DNA from: Octopus vulgaris
Taxonomy: Eukaryota
NCBI GenBank assembly: GCA_951406725.2
Contig: OX597840.1
Span: forward strand, 32,922,001 to 32,986,000
Direction of reading: 5' to 3'
Length of the DNA: 64,000 nucleotides
A model generated the notes under the pieces. The model was not told where the DNA came from and ran no database searches. It saw nothing but the letters and a program-made list of their open reading frames with translations. Below, one piece after another: positions 38,601 to 51,519 of the stretch; position 1 is the stretch's first letter; every line of letters begins with the position of its first letter. Both the position numbers and the translations under genes were made by a program.

Positions 38601-40929
38601 CATTTTATGATCACTGTAGCTGATCGGGTAAAACTGTGGACGCTTAGCTATTTTACTGTCTACCTTTCTAATTAGAATTCTATCTATGTATGACCTGGAA
38701 GATCCGTCGCTGTTTGACCATGTCCACAATGGAGCGTTCGGAAATTCCAACCTATAAGGATCTGCTAGCTCAAAGCGGCTTAGCAGTTCCAGGAAGCATG
38801 TGTTACCTTTTCTATCATTCGAGCCAACACAATCTACATCCGCTTTGCAAATTGTGTTAAAGTCTCCTAGCATAACTATTGAATGCGAAGTACCGAGAAA
38901 GTTCTCTAGATCACGATAATAATCACTTTGCCCATTATTACTGCAGGGTGCGTAAATTGCAACCAGTCTGATAACTTTACCGTTACTGAACGTCAAATCC
39001 ATGACGACCAGCCTACCTTCTGGGTCTGAAAAAATTAACTTTTTTCTCAAAAACCCGGTTTCTTTTTAGTAGGACCAACACCCCACTCCCGCCTGCAGGA
39101 CTGCCAGGAGAGAAAAAACTCTCGTAGCCGTCAAACAGTGGGAGTAGATCTCTTGGCCCCTTTAACCGGGTTTCTGTAGCAACAATAACATCCAAATTGC
39201 GCGACCTGATATCATTAAGGAAGCGACCTTGCTTCCCGCTTGATCCCAGGCCGCGCACATTTAAACAACCAACAGAAATGTAGTTCATCACTTACCTTAT
39301 ATCGGTAGTTTGGCTTTTTCGGCGGTTTCGCCTTCTTCTTCATTTTTTTTTCTTTGGCTCGTGGGGGAGTCCGACGTAGGCCCTCGTATAGATATGGAGA
39401 CATGTCCAGTCTCAGAGGGCCCACGTCGTGGAAGAACTCGGATTTTATCCTCCTGTAGTCCTTCCGGCCTATTTTATATATGATGAAGTCTTTCATCTTC
39501 CTTACACGTTCCACCTTGGCCATGGCTGCCAACACATTGACAAGTCTGTTGTTAGTAGCCTTAATGGCCATAAATGAAGAAGTAACCTCTTTCCTTTTCT
39601 TTAGGTTTTCTTCTTCTTGAGGGGTGGTTTCAGTTTTCCGTTTTTTTTGGTAACTTTAGACCACCCCTCCTCTTTTTCGTTTTCTTTTTCCTTTTCTGCA
39701 GCTTTTTCCACCTCTTTGGTTTCCTTTTTTTCCTCCGTTTCTTCTTTCTCCGACGGTTCTTCTGTCTGCGGTTTCGGTTGACACTCCGCTCTCACGTGCC
39801 CCTTCTTTCCGCAGCCGAAGCACCTCGGTTTTCTTCCTTCTACGAATACTAGAACTCGCTCCTCCTCATCTAGCCTCAGCACCTCTGGTATTTCTTCCAG
39901 AGTCTGGGCCTCTGCTTGTATAGCCATTGTTATGATCTGGCCCTGCCAAAATCCCTCCTCCTCCACTGTAGCTTGGAGGATGTTGATTTTTTCTTTCAGG
40001 CCCAGCATCACTGCCGCCACCAGGCATGAGGCGTCTGCCTCTGGGGGAATATTTCTCATTACTATCTTTGAAGTCCTTCTTCCTTTGTACAAGGGTAGAA
40101 GGACTAGATTTCCCGCTTTCTGAGGTTCTGTGGATAGCTTCTTAGCTATTTCTTCGGTTCTGAACCTCACTTCTACTGTTCCGAACCGTCTTCCTCTATT
40201 GATGTAAGTGATATCTTTTCTGATTGTCTTCAGGCACTCCTCTATTTTGCATTCTTCCACTTTTTGTATGCTTTTTGTAGTCGTGCTGTATGTCTTGTAT
40301 ATAATTCTTTTCTTTTCTATCTCTTCCTTTTTTTCCATATCTTTTTTCACTGCAATTTCATTTCCTTCTTTCTTTAGAAGGTCTTCATATTTCTCTAGAT
40401 TTTCTATATCTATATCTTTCTGTTTGCGTCCAACAACTTCCGCAAACTTCTTTGTTGGGGCCTTTTGTTCTGGCGTTACCGCCGATTCTTTTTCCGGTGT
40501 CACCGCCGGCGTGCTTCTCTCACCCGAGGTTTGAGATTCTTCATCACCTGAGATGGGTGAATAGGTAATGGGGAAATCCATTTCGAATTTTCCTTCCAGT
40601 TTGCATTCACTGCCTTCCAAAGACATTCTGGCTTTGCAGCCGTTAGTAGAAAATATTTTTTTTTTTTTTTTTTTTTTTTTTTGAATGTGTTTCGTACACG
40701 AAGGCACACAATAATTCCCCCACGGGGGGGAACTACGTACACAACCTTCGCGCGAAGGCCACTAACCGTCTTATTAAAAGACACAAAATAACAATATTAA
40801 CACAGCAACAATAAACTACTAACTTTCAACAACACTATTTCAGACAAAAAACTCACGTTTCGTTTTTGAGAATCAATGAATAAGTCAAAGTAACGTCCTG
40901 TCGGGTTCACGACTGCATAATGTTGGGTG
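35643..40929 (-). mobile_element. LINE unit B (frameshifted as assembled)
   Basis: ORF2 pieces 39013-39291, 37815-39050, 35893-37956; ORF1 39215-40626 with one shift. Confidence 0.9.
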
Positions 40930-41180
40930 TTTTATTATTACCCACAAGGGGCCAACAAAGAGGGGACAATACAACCTGATGTGGGGTCAGATTCACGTAT
41001 GAGGTTACAAAAGTATGAGTTTAAAAATTTCAAAAATTTACAAAAATTGCAAAAATTATAAAAATCGAATGAGAAAAAAACAGACCGGAAGACACTACAG
41101 GTGGAGTGGGGGCGGGTTCAGCTCGGACCCCACGAGCCCCGCCTCACCACTGATACTTTTGGTTTCGTTTTGATCTACAT

Positions 41181-44100
41181 TTATGTGGTGTCATTCATTC
41201 TCAACTTCCGTGCTACATCCTTCCATCGTTCTTCATACACTCTTTTAGTCAGGCATTTTCTCTCCAGCCCTATCTTCCTTTTCAGGTGGTAGATGAAGTA
41301 ATTCATCAACCCAGGGCCGGATATGAACTTGCCTGACCGTATACCTTTCATTCTCGTCTTCCATATCACCTCCTTCGCAATTGCTACCACAACGAGAAAA
41401 CAAGTCTTACCTTCTTTCGCGAGGAAATCTGGTGGGTCAATTTTTTTAATACACTCAGTCGACAGCTGTACTCTTCGTGTGCTTGACAACAGCTGTTCGG
41501 CATAAACCCACACCTCAGACACGTCCGAACAATGAACAATAGCGTGCGGGACGGTTTCCCTATCCCGCCCGCATCTTGGACACATCGGACTGTCTTGGCC
41601 ACCGTGCCTTGCGAGTTTATCCCGAACAGGTAGAGCTCCTCTGTAGCATTGCCATGTCAGAGACTTCTGGAAGTTGTCCAGAGTCTTCGGCTCGAACGTA
41701 CGTCGGAACAGACTAGCCAGCTGATTATCGTCGAGACCCAGGGTTTCCCCCAAGGTGTCTTCACATTCCGCCTCTACCAACCCTCTATAGAAGAATGTGG
41801 TGGAACCCCCACCGCAGGCGTTGCCCGAGCGACGGAATAGCAGGAGGGCCTTTCGACACTCCGTATACCATGTACCGAGTTTCGATCTACGATTCAACCA
41901 GGTTTCCCATCCACCGAAACTAGTGAACTTGGGAAACATCAGTTTTGCTAACGGAGACCACACCCGTTCACCATCCAGGTAGAGCCACAGATGTCTTAAC
42001 CTCAGCGCATGTCTGCGCATCATCAGCCAAGGCATCCCTAGCCCACCCTTTAACGGTTGTTGACAGCAAGTAGAGCGTTTCACAAGTGGTTTCCTGCCCT
42101 TCCACAGGAAGTAGAAGAGCTGTCTTTCCAACTTGGTCAACCACGAATCAGGGCATGGAACGACGGAAAGGCGGTAGATGATAACCGATGCGATAAACAC
42201 ATTGGCCACCTCCGCCCTCCCTTTCAAGGATAGCCACCGCCTAGACCAGGTCTTGGCTACTGCAGCCACCTTGCTCGTTACCTCGCCCCAATTCTTCTCT
42301 ATTTGGAGGTCTGGACCGAACCAGACCCCTAGCAGTTTAATCGGACCCTCCGTCCAACGTCCCACGACGCTGTCAGGAGGCATCGACTTGCCTCTCCAGG
42401 TGCCGAGTTGCAAGCCGACTGACTTTTCGCGATTAACTTTTGCTCCTGTCACCGTCTCGTAATCCTCTATGGCCTTGCCTACTTTACATAGGTGGTCCAT
42501 TTCGGTCACGATGATGGTGATGTCGTCCGCGTACGCTGACACTGATTTTCCATTACCTGGCTGTCTCGGGATGCCGCTCAGTTTTCGCAGTAATGGCTCA
42601 AGAGCCATCACGTACAAAAGCGGGGAGAGCGGACACCCTTGACGAACCGAGCGTTTGATTTTGAACGGCTTCGACAAGAAGCCGTTCACCCGAACTACCG
42701 AGTCGATGTTGTCGTAAATTTGGATAATCCACCTGAGGAAGCCAAGGCCCAGCCCGAACTGTGCCAGAGCAGACACCAGGTAACGATGGTCGACCCTATC
42801 AAAAGCTTTGGATTGGTCTAAATGGACCAGTGCCCCACCCTTGCCAGAATCACTATTAAACCCCTCTATAGTGTACCGCATTAGATGGAGATTATCCTGA
42901 ATGGTTCTGCCCGGAACGGCACATGTCTGTGCCTCCCCGATCAGACCATCCGCGACACGCGCCAATCTTTTCGATAACACTTTGGCCAAAATCTTCAACT
43001 CTGTGTTTAGCAGAGTGATGGGCCTGAAATTATCAATGCACTCCCCCTTGCTCGGGTCCTTTCTGACGAGAGTCACCACTCCCCGGCGCACAGATCTGGG
43101 TATCAACCCGTTCTGCTGCCAGTTCGCATAGACTTCCGCCAGTAGGTGCCCGAACAAGTCTGGCATATTCTTATATAACTCGTAGGGTAGACCATCCAAA
43201 CCCGGCGCCTTGCCCGCGCCGCAGTCCGCCATTGCCTCCACCACCTCCTCAGGCGTGATTGGCCCTTCACAGCCCTCCGCATCTCGCCCCGATAGGCGCG
43301 GCAGCCCGTCGAGTAGGTCCGTAAAGGCCCTCCTCCTATCCAGTCCGCCGCACTCACCGAAAAGCTGAGCGAAGTGCTCCTGAAAGGCCTCACACATCTC
43401 CTCGGGTTCGTCTATCAACTCACCTTGTTGGTTCTTCAAAGATCGAATCGTGGCATCGTTGCCATTCCGGGCTTCCACCACTCGGGCCCATCTCACGGCG
43501 TTGATTCCTTCACATCCCATATGACGGATTCTAGCCCTGACAATGCAACCCATGTGTTTGGCCTCGAGGTGCTGGTTTAACACCAGTCTCTTGGACGCCA
43601 CCTGAGCCGCAGAGCCAGTTTTCATGGCTTCCTCTAATTCCTTAACTAGAGTAGTTTCCCTTCTAGCCTCTCTAGACACTACTCCTATGCTATATCTAAT
43701 AGACTCAAACTTGATGGCTCGTTTGAGGGCGTACCACCATTTGTTATTAATGATGGCACCAGACAGCGCCCTCTGAATTATGGTCCTAATCCGGTCTCTG
43801 TACTCCTTAATCGCCAAAAGGGACGTATTAAGTTTCCAGTAACCGGATCCTCTCTTTCTAACCTTATCTATGTCAAGCTTACAGGTGACCATTTTATGAT
43901 CACTGTAGCTGATCGGGTAAAACTGTGGACGCTTAGCTATTTTACTGTCTACCTTTCTAATTAGAATTCTATCTATGTATGACCTGGAAGATCCGTCGCT
44001 GTTTGACCATGTCCACAATGGAGCGTTCGGAAATTCCAACCTATAAGGATCTGCTAGCTCAAAGCGGCTTAGCAGTTCCAGGAAGCATGTGTTACCTTTT

Positions 44101-44576
44101 CTATCATTCGAGCCAACACAATCTACATCCGCTTTGCAAATTGTGTTAAAGTCTCCTAGCATAACTATTGAATGCGAAGTACCGAGAAAGTTCTCTAGAT
44201 CACGATAATAATCACTTTGCCCATTATTACTGCAGGGTGCGTAAATTGCAACCAGTCTGATAACTTTACCGTTACTGAACGTCAAATCCATGACGACCAG
44301 CCTACCTTCTGGGTCTGAAAAAATTAACTTTTTCTCAAAAACCCGGTTTCTTTTTAGTAGGACCAACACCCCACTCCCGCCTGCAGGACTGCCAGGAGAG
44401 AAAAAACTCTCGTAGCCGTCAAACAGTGGGAGTAGATCTCTTGGCCCCTTTAACCGGGTTTCTGTAGCAACAATAACATCCAAATTGCGCGACCTGATAT
44501 CATTAAGGAAGCGACCTTGCTTCCCGCTTGATCCCAGGCCGCGCACATTTAAACAACCAACAGAAATGTAGTTCAT
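41181..44576 (-). CDS. ORF2: APE endonuclease + reverse transcriptase + C-terminal CCHC, L1/Tx1 type, 1131 aa
   Basis: APE: CLNVRGL, ETR, IYAP, GDFN, IDRI, SDH; RT: PGLDG, FRPITLLN, DQSKAFDRV, RQGCPLSP, YADD, LLGV; GGLG motif; CPRC-x8-H-x4-C. Confidence 0.97.
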   Translation of the reverse strand: MNYISVGCLNVRGLGSSGKQGRFLNDIRSRNLDVIVATETRLKGPRDLLPLFDGYESFFSPGSPAGGSGVLVLLKRNRVFEKKLIFSDPEGRLVVMDLTFSNGKVIRLVAIYAPCSNNGQSDYYRDLENFLGTSHSIVMLGDFNTICKADVDCVGSNDRKGNTCFLELLSRFELADPYRLEFPNAPLWTWSNSDGSSRSYIDRILIRKVDSKIAKRPQFYPISYSDHKMVTCKLDIDKVRKRGSGYWKLNTSLLAIKEYRDRIRTIIQRALSGAIINNKWWYALKRAIKFESIRYSIGVVSREARRETTLVKELEEAMKTGSAAQVASKRLVLNQHLEAKHMGCIVRARIRHMGCEGINAVRWARVVEARNGNDATIRSLKNQQGELIDEPEEMCEAFQEHFAQLFGECGGLDRRRAFTDLLDGLPRLSGRDAEGCEGPITPEEVVEAMADCGAGKAPGLDGLPYELYKNMPDLFGHLLAEVYANWQQNGLIPRSVRRGVVTLVRKDPSKGECIDNFRPITLLNTELKILAKVLSKRLARVADGLIGEAQTCAVPGRTIQDNLHLMRYTIEGFNSDSGKGGALVHLDQSKAFDRVDHRYLVSALAQFGLGLGFLRWIIQIYDNIDSVVRVNGFLSKPFKIKRSVRQGCPLSPLLYVMALEPLLRKLSGIPRQPGNGKSVSAYADDITIIVTEMDHLCKVGKAIEDYETVTGAKVNREKSVGLQLGTWRGKSMPPDSVVGRWTEGPIKLLGVWFGPDLQIEKNWGEVTSKVAAVAKTWSRRWLSLKGRAEVANVFIASVIIYRLSVVPCPDSWLTKLERQLFYFLWKGRKPLVKRSTCCQQPLKGGLGMPWLMMRRHALRLRHLWLYLDGERVWSPLAKLMFPKFTSFGGWETWLNRRSKLGTWYTECRKALLLFRRSGNACGGGSTTFFYRGLVEAECEDTLGETLGLDDNQLASLFRRTFEPKTLDNFQKSLTWQCYRGALPVRDKLARHGGQDSPMCPRCGRDRETVPHAIVHCSDVSEVWVYAEQLLSSTRRVQLSTECIKKIDPPDFLAKEGKTCFLVVVAIAKEVIWKTRMKGIRSGKFISGPGLMNYFIYHLKRKIGLERKCLTKRVYEERWKDVARKLRMNDTT

Positions 44577-45915
44577 CACTTACCTTATATCGGTAGTTTG
44601 GCTTTTTCGGCGGTTTCGCCTTCTTCTTCATTTTTTTTTCTTTGGCTCGTGGGGGAGTCCGACGTAGGCCCTCGTATAGATATGGAGACATGTCCAGTCT
44701 CAGAGGGCCCACGTCGTGGAAGAACTCGGATTTTATCCTCCTGTAGTCCTTCCGGCCTATTTTATATATGATGAAGTCTTTCATCTTCCTTACACGTTCC
44801 ACCTTGGCCATGGCTGCCAACACATTGACAAGTCTGTTGTTAGTAGCCTTAATGGCCATAAATGAAGAAGTAACCTCTTTCCTTTTCTTTAGGTTTTCTT
44901 CTTCTTGAGGGGTGGTTTCAGTTTTCCGTTTTTTTTTGGTAACTTTAGACCACCCCTCCTCTTTTTCGTTTTCTTTTTCCTTTTCTGCAGCTTTTTCCAC
45001 CTCTTTGGTTTCCTTTTTTTCCTCCGTTTCTTCTTTCTCCGACGGTTCTTCTGTCTGCGGTTTCGGTTGACACTCCGCTCTCACGTGCCCCTTCTTTCCG
45101 CAGCCGAAGCACCTCGGTTTTCTTCCTTCTACGAATACTAGAACTCGCTCCTCCTCATCTAGCCTCAGCACCTCTGGTATTTCTTCCAGAGTCTGGGCCT
45201 CTGCTTGTATAGCCATTGTTATGATCTGGCCCTGCCAAAATCCCTCCTCCTCCACTGTAGCTTGGAGGATGTTGATTTTTTCTTTCAGGCCCAGCATCAC
45301 TGCCGCCACCAGGCATGAGGCGTCTGCCTCTGGGGGAATATTTCTCATTACTATCTTTGAAGTCCTTCTTCCTTTGTACAAGGGTAGAAGGACTAGATTT
45401 CCCGCTTTCTGAGGTTCTGTGGATAGCTTCTTAGCTATCTCTTCGGTTCTGAACCTCACTTCTACTGTTCCGAACCGTCTTCCTCTATTGATGTAAGTGA
45501 TATCTTTTCTGATTGTCTTCAGGCACTCCTCTATTTTGCATTCTTCCACTTTTTGTATGCTTTTTGTAGTCGTGCTGTATGTCTTGTATATAATTCTTTT
45601 CTTTTCTATCTCTTCCTTTTTTTCCATATCTTTTTTCACTGCAATTTCATTTCCTTCTTTCTTTAGAAGGTCTTCATATTTCTCTAGATTTTCTATATCT
45701 ATATCTTTCTGTTTGCGTCCAACAACTTCCGCAAACTTCTTTGTTGGGGCCTTTTGTTCTGGCGTTACCGCCGATTCTTTTTCCGGTGTCACCGCCGGCG
45801 TGCTTCTCTCACCCGAGGTTTGAGATTCTTCATCACCTGAGATGGGTGAATAGGTAATGGGGAAATCCATTTCGAATTTTCCTTCCAGTTTGCATTCACT
45901 GCCTTCCAAAGACAT
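44503..45915 (-). CDS. ORF1: nucleic-acid-binding protein with CCHC zinc knuckle, ~470 aa
   Basis: First ATG after the poly(A) gives MSLEGSECK...; knuckle CFGCGKKGHVRAEC; K/E-rich tracts; the C-terminus depends on an A-run length. Confidence 0.88.
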   Translation of the reverse strand: MSLEGSECKLEGKFEMDFPITYSPISGDEESQTSGERSTPAVTPEKESAVTPEQKAPTKKFAEVVGRKQKDIDIENLEKYEDLLKKEGNEIAVKKDMEKKEEIEKKRIIYKTYSTTTKSIQKVEECKIEECLKTIRKDITYINRGRRFGTVEVRFRTEEIAKKLSTEPQKAGNLVLLPLYKGRRTSKIVMRNIPPEADASCLVAAVMLGLKEKINILQATVEEEGFWQGQIITMAIQAEAQTLEEIPEVLRLDEEERVLVFVEGRKPRCFGCGKKGHVRAECQPKPQTEEPSEKEETEEKKETKEVEKAAEKEKENEKEEGWSKVTKKKRKTETTPQEEENLKKRKEVTSSFMAIKATNNRLVNVLAAMAKVERVRKMKDFIIYKIGRKDYRRIKSEFFHDVGPLRLDMSPYLYEGLRRTPPRAKEKKMKKKAKPPKKPNYRYKVSDELHFCWLFKCARPGIKREARSLP

Positions 45916-45941
45916 TCTGGCTTTGCAGCCGTTAGTAGAAA

Positions 45942-45976
<35 letters not shown>

Positions 45977-46223
45977 AATGTGTTTCGTACACGAAGGCAC
46001 ACAATAATTCCCCCACGGGGGGGGAACTACGTACACAACCTTCGCGCGAAGGCCACTAACCGTCTTATTAAAAGACACAAAATAACAATATTAACACAGC
46101 AACAATAAACTACTAACTTTCAACAACACTATTTCAGACAAAAAACTCACGTTTCGTTTTTGAGAATCAATGAATAAGTCAAAGTAACGTCCTGTCGGGT
46201 TCACGACTGCATAATGTTGGGTG

Positions 46224-49200
46224 TTTTATTATTACCCACAAGGGGCCAACAAAGAGGGGACAATACAACCTGATGTGGGGTCAGATTCACGTATGAGGTT
46301 ACAAAAGTATGAGTTTAAAAATTTCAAAAATTTACAAAAATTGCAAAAATTATAAAAATCGAATGAGAAAAAACAGACCGGAAGACACTACAGGTGGAGT
46401 GGGGGCGGGTTCAGCTCGGACCCCACGAGCCCCGCCTCACCACTGATACTTTTGGTTTCGTTTTGATCTACATTTATGTGGTGTCATTCATTCTCAACTT
46501 CCGTGCTACATCCTTCCATCGTTCTTCATACACTCTTTTAGTCAGGCATTTTCTCTCCAGCCCTATCTTCCTTTTCAGGTGGTAGATGAAGTAATTCATC
46601 AACCCAGGGCCGGATATGAACTTGCCTGACCGTATACCTTTCATTCTCGTCTTCCATATCACCTCCTTCGCAATTGCTACCACAACGAGAAAACAAGTCT
46701 TACCTTCTTTCGCGAGGAAATCTGGTGGGTCAATTTTTTTAATACACTCAGTCGACAGCTGTACTCTTCGTGTGCTTGACAACAGCTGTTCGGCATAAAC
46801 CCACACCTCAGACACGTCCGAACAATGAACAATAGCGTGCGGGACGGTTTCCCTATCCCGCCCGCATCTTGGACACATCGGACTGTCTTGGCCACCGTGC
46901 CTTGCGAGTTTATCCCGAACAGGTAGAGCTCCTCTGTAGCATTGCCATGCCAGAGACTTCTGGAAGTTGTCCAGAGTCTTCGGCTCGAACGTACGTCGGA
47001 ACAGACTAGCCAGCTGATTATCGTCGAGACCCAGGGTTTCCCCAAGGTGTCTTCACATTCCGCCTCTACCAACCCTCTATAGAAGAATGTGGTGGAACCC
47101 CCACCGCAGGCGTTGCCCGAGCGACGGAATAGCAGGAGGGCCTTTCGACACTCCGTATACCATGTACCGAGTTTCGATCTACGATTCAACCAGGTTTCCC
47201 ATCCACCGAAACTAGTGAACTTGGGAAACATCAGTTTTGCTAACGGAGACCACACCCGTTCACCATCCAGGTAGAGCCACAGATGTCTTAACCTCAGCGC
47301 ATGTCTGCGCATCATCAGCCAAGGCATCCCTAGCCCACCCTTTAACGGTTGTTGACAGCAAGTAGAGCGTTTCACAAGTGGTTTCCTGCCCTTCCACAGG
47401 AAGTAGAAGAGCTGTCTTTCCAACTTGGTCAACCACGAATCAGGGCATGGAACGACGGAAAGGCGGTAGATGATAACCGATGCGATAAACACATTGGCCA
47501 CCTCCGCCCTCCCTTTCAAGGATAGCCACCGCCTAGACCAGGTCTTGGCTACTGCAGCCACCTTGCTCGTTACCTCGCCCCAATTCTTCTCTATTTGGAG
47601 GTCTGGACCGAACCAGACCCCTAGCAGTTTAATCGGACCCTCCGTCCAACGTCCCACGACGCTGTCAGGAGGCATCGACTTGCCTCTCCAGGTGCCGAGT
47701 TGCAAGCCGACTGACTTTTCGCGATTAACTTTTGCTCCTGTCACCGTCTCGTAATCCTCTATGGCCTTGCCTACTTTACATAGGTGGTCCATTTCGGTCA
47801 CGATGATGGTGATGTCGTCCGCGTACGCTGACACTGATTTTCCATTACCTGGCTGTCTCGGGATGCCGCTCAGTTTTCGCAGTAATGGCTCAAGAGCCAT
47901 CACGTACAAAAGCGGGGAGAGCGGACACCCTTGACGAACCGAGCGTTTGATTTTGAACGGCTTCGACAAGAAGCCGTTCACCCGAACTACCGAGTCGATG
48001 TTGTCGTAAATTTGGATAATCCACCTGAGGAAGCCAAGGCCCAGCCCGAACTGTGCCAGAGCAGACACCAGGTAACGATGGTCGACCCTATCAAAAGCTT
48101 TGGATTGGTCTAAATGGACCAGTGCCCCACCCTTGCCAGAATCACTATTAAACCCCTCTATAGTGTACCGCATTAGATGGAGATTATCCTGAATGGTTCT
48201 GCCCGGAACGGCACATGTCTGTGCCTCCCCGATCAGACCATCCGCGACACGCGCCAATCTTTTCGATAACACTTTGGCCAAAATCTTCAACTCTGTGTTT
48301 AGCAGAGTGATGGGCCTGAAATTATCAATGCACTCCCCCTTGCTCGGGTCCTTTCTGACGAGAGTCACCACTCCCCGGCGCACAGATCTGGGTATCAACC
48401 CGTTCTGCTGCCAGTTCGCATAGACTTCCGCCAGTAGGTGCCCGAACAAGTCTGGCATATTCTTATATAACTCGTAGGGTAGACCATCCAAACCCGGCGC
48501 CTTGCCCGCGCCGCAGTCCGCCATTGCCTCCACCACCTCCTCAGGCGTGATTGGCCCTTCACAGCCCTCCGCATCTCGCCCCGATAGGCGCGGCAGCCCG
48601 TCGAGTAGGTCCGTAAAGGCCCTCCTCCTATCCAGTCCGCCGCACTCACCGAAAAGCTGAGCGAAGTGCTCCTGAAAGGCCTCACACATCTCCTCGGGTT
48701 CGTCTATCAACTCACCTTGTTGGTTCTTCAAAGATCGAATCGTGGCATCGTTGCCATTCCGGGCTTCCACCACTCGGGCCCATCTCACGGCGTTGATTCC
48801 TTCACATCCCATATGACGGATTCTAGCCCTGACAATGCAACCCATGTGTTTGGCCTCGAGGTGCTGGTTTAACACCAGTCTCTTGGACGCCACCTGAGCC
48901 GCAGAGCCAGTTTTCATGGCTTCCTCTAATTCCTTAACTAGAGTAGTTTCCCTTCTAGCCTCTCTAGACACTACTCCTATGCTATATCTAATAGACTCAA
49001 ACTTGATGGCTCGTTTGAGGGCGTACCACCATTTGTTATTAATGATGGCACCAGACAGCGCCCTCTGAATTATGGTCCTAATCCGGTCTCTGTACTCCTT
49101 AATCGCCAAAAGGGACGTATTAAGTTTCCAGTAACCGGATCCTCTCTTTCTAACCTTATCTATGTCAAGCTTACAGGTGACCATTTTATGATCACTGTAG

Positions 49201-51238
49201 CTGATCGGGTAAAACTGTGGACGCTTAGCTATTTTACTGTCTACCTTTCTAATTAGAATTCTATCTATGTATGACCTGGAAGATCCGTCGCTGTTTGACC
49301 ATGTCCACAATGGAGCGTTCGGAAATTCCAACCTATAAGGATCTGCTAGCTCAAAGCGGCTTAGCAGTTCCAGGAAGCATGTGTTACCTTTTCTATCATT
49401 CGAGCCAACACAATCTACATCCGCTTTGCAAATTGTGTTAAAGTCTCCTAGCATAACTATTGAATGCGAAGTACCGAGAAAGTTCTCTAGATCACGATAA
49501 TAATCACTTTGCCCATTATTACTGCAGGGTGCGTAAATTGCAACCAGTCTGATAACTTTACCGTTACTGAACGTCAAATCCATGACGACCAGCCTACCTT
49601 CTGGGTCTGAAAAAATTAACTTTTTCTCAAAAACCCGGTTTCTTTTTAGTAGGACCAACACCCCACTCCCGCCTGCAGGACTGCCAGGAGAGAAAAAACT
49701 CTCGTAGCCGTCAAACAGTGGGAGTAGATCTCTTGGCCCCTTTAACCGGGTTTCTGTAGCAACAATAACATCCAAATTGCGCGACCTGATATCATTAAGG
49801 AAGCGACCTTGCTTCCCGCTTGATCCCAGGCCGCGCACATTTAAACAACCAACAGAAATGTAGTTCATCACTTACCTTATATCGGTAGTTTGGCTTTTTC
49901 GGCGGTTTCGCCTTCTTCTTCATTTTTTTTTCTTTGGCTCGTGGGGGAGTCCGACGTAGGCCCTCGTATAGATATGGAGACATGTCCAGTCTCAGAGGGC
50001 CCACGTCGTGGAAGAACTCGGATTTTATCCTCCTGTAGTCCTTCCGGCCTATTTTATATATGATGAAGTCTTTCATCTTCCTTACACGTTCCACCTTGGC
50101 CATGGCTGCCAACACATTGACAAGTCTGTTGTTAGTAGCCTTAATGGCCATAAATGAAGAAGTAACCTCTTTCCTTTTCTTTAGGTTTTCTTCTTCTTGA
50201 GGGGTGGTTTCAGTTTTCCGTTTTTTTTTGGTAACTTTAGACCACCCCTCCTCTTTTTCGTTTTCTTTTTCCTTTTCTGCAGCTTTTTCCACCTCTTTGG
50301 TTTCCTTTTTTTCCTCCGTTTCTTCTTTCTCCGACGGTTCTTCTGTCTGCGGTTTCGGTTGACACTCCGCTCTCACGTGCCCCTTCTTTCCGCAGCCGAA
50401 GCACCTCGGTTTTCTTCCTTCTACGAATACTAGAACTCGCTCCTCCTCATCTAGCCTCAGCACCTCTGGTATTTCTTCCAGAGTCTGGGCCTCTGCTTGT
50501 ATAGCCATTGTTATGATCTGGCCCTGCCAAAATCCCTCCTCCTCCACTGTAGCTTGGAGGATGTTGATTTTTTCTTTCAGGCCCAGCATCACTGCCGCCA
50601 CCAGGCATGAGGCGTCTGCCTCTGGGGGAATATTTCTCATTACTATCTTTGAAGTCCTTCTTCCTTTGTACAAGGGTAGAAGGACTAGATTTCCCGCTTT
50701 CTGAGGTTCTGTGGATAGCTTCTTAGCTATTTCTTCGGTTCTGAACCTCACTTCTACTGTTCCGAACCGTCTTCCTCTATTGATGTAAGTGATATCTTTT
50801 CTGATTGTCTTCAGGCACTCCTCTATTTTGCATTCTTCCACTTTTTGTATGCTTTTTGTAGTCGTGCTGTATGTCTTGTATATAATTCTTTTCTTTTCTA
50901 TCTCTTCCTTTTTTTCCATATCTTTTTTCACTGCAATTTCATTTCCTTCTTTCTTTAGAAGGTCTTCATATTTCTCTAGATTTTCTATATCTATATCTTT
51001 CTGTTTGCGTCCAACAACTTCCGCAAACTTCTTTGTTGGGGCCTTTTGTTCTGGCGTTACCGCCGATTCTTTTTCCGGTGTCACCGCCGGCGTGCTTCTC
51101 TCACCCGAGGTTTGAGATTCTTCATCACCTGAGATGGGTGAATGAATAGGTAATGGGGAAATCCATTTCGAATTTTCCTTCCAGTCTGCATTCACTGCCT
51201 TCCAAAGACATTCTGGCTTTGCAGCCGTTAGTAGAAAA

Positions 51239-51275
<37 letters not shown>

Positions 51276-51519
51276 GTGTTTCGTACACGAAGGCACACAA
51301 TAATTCCCCCACGGGGGGGGAACTACGTACACAACCTTCGCGCGAAGGCCACTAACCGTCTTATTAAAAGACACAAAATAACAATATTAACACAGCAACA
51401 ATAAACTACTAACTTTCAACAACACTATTTCAGACAAAAAACTCACGTTTCGTTTTTGAGAATCAATGAATAAGTCAAAGTAACGTCCTGTCGGGTTCAC
51501 GACTGCATAATGTTGGGTG
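46224..51519 (-). mobile_element. LINE unit D
   Basis: ORF2 46474-49868 with a 1-nt loss in a C-run at ~47040; ORF1 has a 4-nt GAAT duplication at ~51140. Confidence 0.9.

Larger units (their letters stand above)
40930..46223 (-). mobile_element. LINE unit C (both ORFs intact)
   Basis: Uninterrupted ORF1 and ORF2. Confidence 0.93.

Noticed and set aside
45916-46002. N-terminal poly-lysine extension of ORF1
   Set aside because: Arises from a GTG start read through the poly(A); the frame differs between units; the first ATG is at 45915
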